Source of the DNA: Promethearchaeia archaeon
Lineage (GTDB): Archaea; Asgardarchaeota; Lokiarchaeia; Sigyniarchaeales; SOKP01
NCBI GenBank assembly: GCA_046497275.1
Contig: JAWOFX010000006.1
Location: 1-25,203, forward strand
DNA: 25,203 nucleotides
Direction of reading: 5' to 3'
Of this stretch, positions 18,232 to 25,203 are shown one piece after another (positions within the stretch are counted from its first letter, which is position 1; each line of letters opens with the position of its first letter). The translations under genes and the position numbers were made by a program. Under the pieces are notes generated by a model. It did no database searches, was not told the origin of the DNA, and saw only the letters and a program-made list of their open reading frames with translations.

Positions 18232-19263
18232 ATGCTTGAAATAGAGATAATATTACTCACAAATAATGTTGTTAAGCCATTTCAGAAATTTCATAAAGAA
18301 AAATCTTTAGAATTTATTGAATTTAATAAGTTGCATGTGACAAAATGCCTTGCTGAACATGGTTTGGGATTTTTAATTAATATCTGGGAAAATAATGATT
18401 CAAATAGCTCGAATGATAAAAAATTGGTTAAAAAGATCATTTTTGATGTTGGTGGGACAAATCTAACTTTTTTACATAATTTATCTGTTATGGATTTACG
18501 TATTAAAGATGTGGATTCCATTGTTTTGTCTCATTGGCATTATGACCATGTTGGTGGATTACATAAAGTATTGGAAGAAATAGAAGAAAAAATTCCAATA
18601 TATACTCATTATTTTGCTAAATTTGAAAGATTTTTTCGAAGATCTAATGATGTTAAACCCTCTGATCTAAGGGGAAAATCTTATGAGGAAATAAAACCCC
18701 TCCTTTTAGATTCAAAAATTGTAAATCAAGAACCAATTGATCTTGCTCTAATTGAAAATCTTGGAGGAGATGTTAAATTTACTACACAAAATATAAAAAT
18801 CTTAGATTCAGAAAGGTTAAAAATTTGGGTTAGTGGTGAAATTCCACGTGTTTTTGATGACGAGGATTTTAGAGATTATTTCTCATTACAAAAGAATGAA
18901 ATACTTGAAGAGGATAAAATTTTAGATGATAGATGTATAATAATTGAATTTCAAGACAGAATCATTGTTTTAAATGGATGCTGCCATTCAGGATTGAAAA
19001 ATACTTTAAAACATATCATCTCCCACACAAATAAGGCGATAAGTCACATCATTGGAGGGTTTCATATGGCGAGCTCCTCAGAAGAACGCTTAAATTCTAG
19101 TATAGATTATTTAAAAGGTATACCTAAATATAAAAACGAATTATATCTTTTTCCAATTCATTGTACCGGCGATAAATTTTTAAAAAAGTTGGAGAGAAAA
19201 AAGATCCCTTCAATTTATGGATTTGATGTTAGTGTAGGCACTGTTTTTAAATTCTTTTCATAA
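18232..19263 (+). CDS. Metallo-beta-lactamase fold protein, COG1237/MJ0448-like, 343 aa
   Basis: AEHGLGFLI, IIFDVG, SHWHYDHVGG, GCCHSG, IGGFHM and HCTG motifs. The archaeal member of this family has been linked to pterin (methanopterin) biosynthesis; function here is not established. Confidence 0.88.
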   Translation: MLEIEIILLTNNVVKPFQKFHKEKSLEFIEFNKLHVTKCLAEHGLGFLINIWENNDSNSSNDKKLVKKIIFDVGGTNLTFLHNLSVMDLRIKDVDSIVLSHWHYDHVGGLHKVLEEIEEKIPIYTHYFAKFERFFRRSNDVKPSDLRGKSYEEIKPLLLDSKIVNQEPIDLALIENLGGDVKFTTQNIKILDSERLKIWVSGEIPRVFDDEDFRDYFSLQKNEILEEDKILDDRCIIIEFQDRIIVLNGCCHSGLKNTLKHIISHTNKAISHIIGGFHMASSSEERLNSSIDYLKGIPKYKNELYLFPIHCTGDKFLKKLERKKIPSIYGFDVSVGTVFKFFS

Positions 19264-19265
19264 AA

Positions 19266-20456
19266 TTAACCTAATAATTTTTCGATCCTGTCCATCCCTT
19301 CAACGATATCATCATAAGATACACAAAAGGAAAACCTAATATATTCATCTTTCTCATCAGGACTTTTATGTCCAAAAAAGACTCTCGATAATGTTGCCAC
19401 GTCTGCTTTTTCTAATAAATATTCTTGAAATTCTAAAGAATCTTTAAGTCCGAGGTTTTTACATGCTTCTGTTACATTCGCAAAAATATAAAATGCGCCT
19501 TTTGGTTTTAGAGTCGATATTCCATTAATTTCGTTCAATCTTTTATATATTAAGTCTCTCCGTCTCTCGAATTCATCCACCATTACTTCAGAAGGAGATT
19601 TATCTTGTTTCATCCCAGCTAATCCTGCCATCTGAATAAATGTTGAAGTGCAAGAAATTGTATTAGTAGCCCATCTTCCAAAATAATGAGCTAAATCCTC
19701 ATTGACTATTGCGTATCCTAACCTCCATCCAGTCATGGCGAAATATTTGCTAAATCCATCTAATATTATAGTTCTCTTTTGCATATCTGGATGAGCTGCG
19801 ATTGAAGTGCATTCTAAATTATCAAAAACAATATTAAAATATATCTCATCTGAAAGTATCCAAATATCATTTTCTAATGCGATTTCGGATATAGCTTCCA
19901 AATTTTTTTTATTTAGAATTGAACCCGTAGGATTTTGTGGACTATTAATAATAATCATTCTTGTTTTCTTGGATATTTGCTTTTTTAGTTCCTCAATATC
20001 ATAATTCCAATCTTTCGATTCCCATATTTGAGCAGGTATGGGTTTACAACCATGAACATTTATTATGCTTTCATAAATCGGATATCCCGGATTTGGATAG
20101 ATTACTTCATCTCCGGGATTTGTACAAGAAAGAATGGCCAAATCAACGATAATTTTCGCGGAAGGAAGAACAACCACATTCTGAGGAGATACTCTAATTT
20201 TCTTAGTTTTTGAGGCGAATTCTGCAATTGTTTCCCTTAATTCTGGAATTCCTGCTGAAGGAGAATAATGAGTAAAATTATCATTTATTGCTTTTATTCC
20301 CGCTTGCTTTATATGCTCGGGGGTATTAAAATCTGGTTCTCCTATTGCGAACGATATAATATTTTTTCGTCTTTTTTCGGGAAAATTTTGTATTTTTTCA
20401 AGTACTTTAAATGCAGTTTCAGTCCCCAGACGTTCCAATCTATTTGCGTAGTGCAT
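19266..20456 (-). CDS. PLP-dependent class I/II aminotransferase (aspartate aminotransferase-like), 396 aa
   Basis: GEPDF, NSPQNPTG, SDEIY and DGFSKYFAMTGWRLG (PLP lysine) motifs. Confidence 0.95.
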   Translation of the reverse strand: MHYANRLERLGTETAFKVLEKIQNFPEKRRKNIISFAIGEPDFNTPEHIKQAGIKAINDNFTHYSPSAGIPELRETIAEFASKTKKIRVSPQNVVVLPSAKIIVDLAILSCTNPGDEVIYPNPGYPIYESIINVHGCKPIPAQIWESKDWNYDIEELKKQISKKTRMIIINSPQNPTGSILNKKNLEAISEIALENDIWILSDEIYFNIVFDNLECTSIAAHPDMQKRTIILDGFSKYFAMTGWRLGYAIVNEDLAHYFGRWATNTISCTSTFIQMAGLAGMKQDKSPSEVMVDEFERRRDLIYKRLNEINGISTLKPKGAFYIFANVTEACKNLGLKDSLEFQEYLLEKADVATLSRVFFGHKSPDEKDEYIRFSFCVSYDDIVEGMDRIEKLLG

Positions 20457-20481
20457 AAGTAAAATTAACCTTAATCATTTT

Positions 20482-21087
20482 TTAATTTTTATTATTTTGG
20501 ATTGTTATTTTTTCCATTTTCAGAAGGGATTTTTTTAAATCCTTTTGCCAGGACTTTCGAGTTTTACCTATAAATCCCCCAATTTTTCCATTTTTTTTTA
20601 TCACACGATGGCAAGGGATAATAAGTGGGAAAGGATTTTTTCTTAATATATTTCCTATAGCTTGATATGCTTTACTATCGAGATTTTGACCTATTTGAGA
20701 ATAACTTGTCAAATCTCCATATTTTAAATTCTTAAGAATCCATTCTATTACTTTAGCTGAAAATGCTGTCCGAAATGTCTTTTCATACGGGATTTGAATG
20801 CCTAAATTTATCATCTCTTGAAAGAGATCTGTTTTTTTTCCTTTAAAATAATCATAGAACAAATTTTTAAGTTTTGTAAGCGTCCTTAAATCTTTAGTCC
20901 TTAAATTGCCAGGAACTTCAAGGAAATTACTTTTTTTAAAATGATCTTTAATAGATTTGCTTTTGTCAAGAATCTCAACTGAATTGAGAACTATAGAACC
21001 ATTATTCGTTAGTATTTCAAAGCTAATAATGATATTGATATCAAATTCTTCTGGGTGAATAAACAAGGCAAAAATATTTTTTATCAT
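20482..21087 (-). CDS. ogt: Methylated-DNA--protein-cysteine S-methyltransferase, 201 aa
   Basis: KYGDLTSY HTH segment and the NPFPLIIPCHRV active-site motif; 25 nt upstream of the aminotransferase, probably the same operon. Confidence 0.93.
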   Translation of the reverse strand: MIKNIFALFIHPEEFDINIIISFEILTNNGSIVLNSVEILDKSKSIKDHFKKSNFLEVPGNLRTKDLRTLTKLKNLFYDYFKGKKTDLFQEMINLGIQIPYEKTFRTAFSAKVIEWILKNLKYGDLTSYSQIGQNLDSKAYQAIGNILRKNPFPLIIPCHRVIKKNGKIGGFIGKTRKSWQKDLKKSLLKMEKITIQNNKN

Positions 21088-21240
21088 AAATTCATTTAGG
21101 TTTTAAATATTATCGAATCGTTAATTATTTAAACCAATTCTCTCTTATTAATGATAGTTTTAATTTAAATAAATTTAAGATAGAGACGTGTTTCTAACTT
21201 ATATAGTTACAAATTATTGAAAAATTAGAGAAGAGAAATT

Positions 21241-22260
21241 ATGCCTGATGATTTAAAAAATGTGTTGGATGATATTGAATCTAGTGAGAAAGAAACTGCA
21301 AAGCTACAAGAAAAAATAGCAAGGCTTACTCAATTAGTAAATAGACAGAAAAAAATAATCGATGAGCAAGAACAATTAATTGACCAACAGAAGCAAGCTT
21401 CGGGAGATATGGTAGATATCCCTGAAGATGTCGTTCAATTGAAAGAGATAATTGGAACTCAAAGAGCTCAATTAAAAGAAAAAGATATGGAACTTGAGCA
21501 TCTCAAAGGAACTAAAGCACAATTAGAAAAAGAGATTGAATTAATGGGTCAACAAACTAAGCCTTTAGAAGAAAAATATAATCAATCATTCGAAAAAATT
21601 GGAGAACTAAAAGCCGAAATAGCCCAACTAAAATCGAAAATAATAGCGAAGGACGATAGAATAAAAAATTTGGAGATAAAGGTTCAAGAATTAAAATCGT
21701 TTTCTGATAAATTAAAAAATGATTATGCTTTGGAAATTGAACAAATTAGGGAAGAGAATAAAAAAGAAAAGGATGAATTACAGTCTCAATTAAATGAAAT
21801 TGAATCTGCATTGCTTGATAGTAAATTGACTTCAACTGAAAAATCTTCCGAAGCCAAGGACTTTGCTACAAGGTTTAAAGAAGTCAAAGATAAATATGAT
21901 TCATTGATAAGCAAAGTTGAAGAACTGAGGGATAAACTTAGAGAAAAGGAATCTGAATTCAATCAATTAAAAGATAGTATAATTGATTTAAGAAATTTTA
22001 GGGAAAACAACATTGATAAAATTGTTCAATATGACCGACTCACGTCATTAATGGAAGAAGAAGCCCTTTTTAAAGCTTTTCTCATTATTAGAGATATTGG
22101 TGGTAAAGGAATTTTTATAGACGATTTAAAGAGTTCTTTAGGGGTACCGATTGTAGTTGCTAAAAAACATGTTGATAAATTGAAACAGAGTCATTTAATA
22201 GAGGAAAATCAGGACGGAAAACTGGTAGTCAGGTCCGCAGAAGAAACTGAAGTGAACTGA
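21241..22260 (+). CDS. Long coiled-coil protein with probable C-terminal winged-helix domain, 339 aa
   Basis: About 270 aa of heptad-like E/K/Q/L sequence, then FKAFLIIRDIGGKGIFIDDLKSSLGVPIVVAKKHVDKLKQSHLIEENQDGKL (helix-HTH-wing pattern). Confidence 0.8.
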   Translation: MPDDLKNVLDDIESSEKETAKLQEKIARLTQLVNRQKKIIDEQEQLIDQQKQASGDMVDIPEDVVQLKEIIGTQRAQLKEKDMELEHLKGTKAQLEKEIELMGQQTKPLEEKYNQSFEKIGELKAEIAQLKSKIIAKDDRIKNLEIKVQELKSFSDKLKNDYALEIEQIREENKKEKDELQSQLNEIESALLDSKLTSTEKSSEAKDFATRFKEVKDKYDSLISKVEELRDKLREKESEFNQLKDSIIDLRNFRENNIDKIVQYDRLTSLMEEEALFKAFLIIRDIGGKGIFIDDLKSSLGVPIVVAKKHVDKLKQSHLIEENQDGKLVVRSAEETEVN

Positions 22261-22344
22261 AAAAGATTAATCTACTTTCTTTTATTTTTAAACTAAATTT
22301 GTTATAAAAAGAAATTTCCAACAAAAACCATTATTAAAAAATTA

Positions 22345-22734
22345 TTATATCTTCGCTAATTCATCATATAATTCAGGAAGTATCGCTCGAAACTCTCCCC
22401 CTTCAATTTTATCAAGAATAGAAGCTGCTATTTTCTTTAGCATTTCTCGGTAAATTTGAGGCTTCTCATCCCGACGCAGTAATAAAGCAACAACATAGTT
22501 CTCAACTGAGATATGATCTTCTCCTACTCCCGAGAAAAAGGATACAACTTTGTTATTCTTTAATGATATTGACGCAAAACCTGGTTTTAACGATTGATAT
22601 CGATGTGAACTATATACTTGGGTTAATAAATTATTGGTAATTTTAAGATTGTCCGGGTAAAAACCTTCATTAATCGGGCCGATCTCGTTGTCCCACCTAA
22701 TAACAAGAATTCCAACTGGCAATTTTATAAGCAC
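22345..22734 (-). CDS. Stand-alone uDENN/longin-like protein, about 125-129 aa
   Basis: GILVIRWDNEIGP...FYP matches the start of uDENN/longin folds, and the beta-beta-alpha-beta-beta-beta-alpha layout fits. Start is GTG or the downstream TTG (MPVG). Confidence 0.7.
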   Translation of the reverse strand: MLIKLPVGILVIRWDNEIGPINEGFYPDNLKITNNLLTQVYSSHRYQSLKPGFASISLKNNKVVSFFSGVGEDHISVENYVVALLLRRDEKPQIYREMLKKIAASILDKIEGGEFRAILPELYDELAKI

Positions 22735-23031
22735 CTTAAGCTTGATTTAACTAATTCAGATTTATAAAATGTGATGGGTAGTATAATTTTATCATTATAA
22801 TATTTTTTTACCTTATATAGTTATTTAATTGTGAAAGGTAATAAATATACCCAATATCAGTAATTCAATTTCATTTTAAACAATTTTGAAAATAAAAATG
22901 TTTTAATTTATCAAAAAGGTAAAATACCCATTTACCACTAACTGAATGGTTTTTGGAATTTCTAAGCAAAATCATTCCTTCAATCATTTAGTTTCTGTTA
23001 CAAAGAATGGGAGAATAAAATAAAAATAAAC

Positions 23032-23364
23032 TCAATATTTTATACCTGTTTTCAATACTTCGGTTATTAAAGGATTTTTATTATCCACCATTTCCTTAAA
23101 TTCTTGATTTGTGTATACTAAGGGTTCAATTGGCAAATCTGTTAGATCTAAAACTTTTTCTATCCTCTTTAGAAAGGGTTCTTTAAAATCTCCCACTATG
23201 ATTAAATCGATATCACTCCCCTCATGAATTTTCTTTTTAGCAAAAGATCCGAATAGATAAATAAAATCAACTGGTAATTCTGCTTTTAATTGTTTTATAA
23301 ATTCCTCTATCTTTCCATAAATTTCTTCACGATTTGTAATATCGATTCTGCATAATTTAGGCAT
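23032..23364 (-). CDS. Minimal nucleotidyltransferase (MNT), 110 aa
   Basis: YLFGSFAKKKIHEGSDIDLIIV (GSx10DxD) and IEPLVYT; paired with the upstream HEPN gene. Confidence 0.92.
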   Translation of the reverse strand: MPKLCRIDITNREEIYGKIEEFIKQLKAELPVDFIYLFGSFAKKKIHEGSDIDLIIVGDFKEPFLKRIEKVLDLTDLPIEPLVYTNQEFKEMVDNKNPLITEVLKTGIKY

Positions 23365-23714
23365 TTTTTGGCATCCTCCTCTTCATAAAACTCAAATGGA
23401 GCTAAATTTCCAGCAAGTCCATTTGGGTATCTAGTTGGGATATAATATAAATCGAGAGATTTTGCTTCTGATTCTTTTGTAGAAAACTCACTTTCAATTT
23501 TCTTTGCTTCTCTAATCAATTCTTTTAATGAATGCGTAAGAATTGAGGTGTATCCATTTTTATATAAAAATGACTTTATACCTTTTTCTGCAGCTTGTTG
23601 AGCTTGAAAACAGCTCCATTCATAATTTTGTGTCTTTAAACTATTTTTAGCCGCATCTAAGTCTGCTTTCGCTTGTTTATACCATCTATATCCTAATTCT
23701 GATATAATAATCAC
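23307..23714 (-). CDS. HEPN domain protein (COG2250/sacsin-type), 135 aa
   Basis: WYKQAKADLDAA, WSCFQAQQAAEKGIK, THSL and YIPTRYP motifs. Confidence 0.93.
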   Translation of the reverse strand: MIIISELGYRWYKQAKADLDAAKNSLKTQNYEWSCFQAQQAAEKGIKSFLYKNGYTSILTHSLKELIREAKKIESEFSTKESEAKSLDLYYIPTRYPNGLAGNLAPFEFYEEEDAKKCLNYAESILQIVKKFMER

Positions 23715-24154
23715 TCATAATTGCTTTTTTTCTACCTCTCAATTTTTATATAATCCATTTAATCTAATTAAATTAAGTTTTTGCATAGTTCTATTTTAAA
23801 GAAGTAAAAAAGAGAATCTAAATACTCGTTGGTAAATTAATGATTTCCTTTTTAAGACAATTTATATTCTTCATCGTTCGAATCCAATCTTTTATCAGAA
23901 ACTAAGAATAATATGAATCTAATTGATTAAGATAATATGCTTCATTTAATCAATCGCTCAAGATTCACTAAAAAAATAAATCAGCTATTTCTTTCTAAGT
24001 GAATAAGTTTTGAAATTCCTCTTAATCTTTAAATACAAGTTAGACAAAATATAAAATACGCAATTAGGTAAAATTTAAATTAAAATCATAATTTTTGATT
24101 AATATACTTTCTAAGAATAGAAGATCATACAAAAATTATAATACCATTTCAGTT

Positions 24155-24162
24155 TTTATAAA
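24155..24162 (+). promoter_or_regulatory. Putative TATA box of the tRNA gene
   Basis: TTTATAAA ending 24 nt upstream of tRNA G1 (24186), the expected archaeal spacing. The AT-rich context limits specificity. Confidence 0.5.
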
Positions 24163-24185
24163 AAATAAATAAACAAAAACAAATT

Positions 24186-24335
24186 GGCGGGGTTACCGAG
24201 TCTGGTCAAATGTTTTGACTAGCAATGGTCCTACAGGCTAATGGTCGCTTGATAAATGGGTCAAGACCGATTATAGGTGCTGGACTTAAGATCCAGTGGC
24301 AAAGGCCTTCGTGGGTTCGAATCCCATCCCCGCCA
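24186..24335 (+). tRNA. trnL: tRNA-Leu(UAA), 85-nt mature form, with a 65-nt intron at position 21/22 (24210-24274); CCA not encoded
   Basis: Acceptor stem GGCGGGG/CCCCGCC plus discriminator A; anticodon stem CTGGA/TCCAG with TAA at 24287-24289; long variable arm GGC-AAAG-GCC; T arm GTGGG-TTCGAAT-CCCAT. Removing 24210-24274 restores the standard D loop GAGTCTGGTCAA|AGGTG. Confidence 0.95.
24210..24274 (+). other. Non-canonical D-loop tRNA intron with relaxed bulge-helix-bulge motif
   Basis: Central helix GGUC(24204-07)/GAUU(24269-72); 3-nt bulges AA|A and AU|A; inner 9-bp helix 24212-24220/24259-24267. Cutting after the second nucleotide of each bulge gives exactly these ends. Confidence 0.85.
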
Positions 24336-24340
24336 CACTC

Positions 24341-24350
24341 CTTTTTTCTT
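24341..24350 (+). terminator. Putative oligo-T terminator after the tRNA
   Basis: CTTTTTTCTT directly downstream of the discriminator base. Confidence 0.5.
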
Positions 24351-24513
24351 GTATCAATCCTTTAAATTTCCCTTAATTCATCTCTATCAAATTAAGATAT
24401 ATAAATAAGAAAAAACAAGAAAATTCTTGATAATTTATTTATTTTCAATCTATTGGAATGGAGCAATCTTTCTATAAACTTTAAAAGCAATGCAAATAAC
24501 TTTTTTATTGGAA

Positions 24514-24807
24514 ATGCTTACTAAAGAAAAAATATTGGATGAGTTAAAAAGATTAAAACCTGAATTAGAGGAGAAATATAAAGTTAAATCAATTGGCCTT
24601 TTTGGATCTTATTTAAATGATGATGTCTCAGAAAAAAGTGATATCGATATTTTAGTTGAATTCTATAAAGGCGCTGATTTATTTGATTATATCGGGCTAA
24701 ACTTATTTTTGGAAAAGACATTTAATAAGAAAGTCGATTTAGTTTCTAAACCCGCATTAAGAGATGAATTGAGAAATTATATCCTGAAAGATGTTGCATA
24801 TTTATGA
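24514..24807 (+). CDS. Minimal nucleotidyltransferase (COG1669-type MNT), about 97 aa
   Basis: IGLFGSY....SEKSDIDILVEF, KKVDLVS and LRDELRNYIL motifs. The second ATG (MLTKEKIL) gives the usual family length; the ORF track start is 24490. Confidence 0.9.
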   Translation: MLTKEKILDELKRLKPELEEKYKVKSIGLFGSYLNDDVSEKSDIDILVEFYKGADLFDYIGLNLFLEKTFNKKVDLVSKPALRDELRNYILKDVAYL

Positions 24808-24889
24808 AGAATTCTATTTATTTTGAGAAATATTGAAAAGAAAATTAGAGTATTCAATTACTATTAAAAAAGAACATGAATTTAAATAA
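24804..24889 (+). pseudogene. Possible decayed DUF86/HepT-like gene N-terminus
   Basis: An ATGA overlap with the MNT stop opens only 10 codons. A shifted frame reads FYLF*EILKRKLEYS..EF, reminiscent of DUF86 N-termini (YRLFLEDIL..I.EY..EF). Confidence 0.3.
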
Positions 24890-25096
24890 CCCATCTTAAA
24901 ACTTATTAAGGTGTTCTATAGCAACATATTTTTAAAATAACAAGTAAGTTTAAATAACACTTTGATATAATCTAATTAATAATAATAATGGATTGATTAA
25001 AAAAATCAAACCGAAAATTACAAAATTTTAGCAGTTAATATTATTAAAACCCGAAATTACTGATTTTATATATTAAAAACTTCTTAGGTTGAGATA

Positions 25097-25203
25097 ATGA
25101 CGTCTAACACTGAATTTGACCCTGATGTTCATTTATTAGCGTGTCCTTTTTCCGATGGTTGTATTTTACCAAAAAAGATGGAGATTTGCCAATTTCCAGC
25201 GTA
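25097..25203 (+). CDS. Hypothetical Cys-rich protein, truncated by the window end
   Basis: ATG after AGGTTGAG; reads MTSNTEFDPDVHLLACPFSDGCILPKKMEICQFPA, open to the edge. Confidence 0.6.
   Translation, partial: MTSNTEFDPDVHLLACPFSDGCILPKKMEICQFPA

Noticed and set aside
13796-20462. ORFs 13796..14173, 15841..16098, 16886..17092, 18291..18521, 19807..20004, 19961..20152, 20028..20213 and 20268..20462 (also 10328..10513)
   Set aside because: All overlap well-supported genes in antisense or alternative frames, with no independent support.
22837-22936. Repeated aaaGGTA-N-TACCca palindromes (spacers of 7 and 3 nt) and a 6-bp hairpin GGTAAA/TTTACC
   Set aside because: The arms are short with unequal spacers. 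It could be an operator or terminator but cannot be distinguished from chance.
24210-24274. Box C/D guide RNA or nested second intron inside the tRNA intron
   Set aside because: Only degenerate boxes (TTGATAA, CCGA) and no 5' C box. Internal helices have 1-2 nt bulges, not the 3-nt bulges of a second BHB, and alternative cuts do not restore the D loop.
1-25203. CRISPR array, IS/transposase, integrase, rRNA, or selenoprotein UGA/SECIS
   Set aside because: I saw no regularly spaced repeats, recombinase or transposase motifs or rRNA-like segment. No ORF continues with family-like sequence past an in-frame TGA, apart from the weak DUF86-like remnant.

Overview
This very AT-rich archaeal window most likely comes from an Asgard archaeon (Lokiarchaeia/Promethearchaeia). 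That assignment is inferred from the proteasome beta subunit, the archaeal-type tRNA with a BHB-type intron, the LRR/TPR/SCP2 proteins and a uDENN/longin-like protein. 157-11110 is a long minus-strand run: Zn-dependent dehydrogenase plus a GH57/38-like glycosidase, HhH-FKBP fusion, PflX radical SAM, GIFT/IFT52-like protein, active proteasome beta, stand-alone ThrRS editing domain, and a membrane-anchored alpha/beta hydrolase with a partner membrane protein. 11548-16579 looks like an accessory repeat-protein island: a TPR protein, a Cys/His microprotein, two divergent SDS22-like LRR genes and gene remnants. 16677-22734 holds EamA, SCP2, MBL-fold, class I aminotransferase, Ogt, a coiled-coil/wHTH protein and a longin-like protein. 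The right end has HEPN-MNT, a tRNA-Leu(UAA) interrupted by a 65-nt D-loop intron, an orphan MNT with a probable decayed DUF86 partner, and a truncated CDS. No complete multi-gene novel system can be demonstrated from the sequence alone. The best candidate for new biology is the 534-aa LRR protein, which combines a possible membrane anchor, an unnamed Cys/His domain and a canonical C-terminal PCNA-binding PIP box. All family calls come from motif recognition by eye; no database searches were run.
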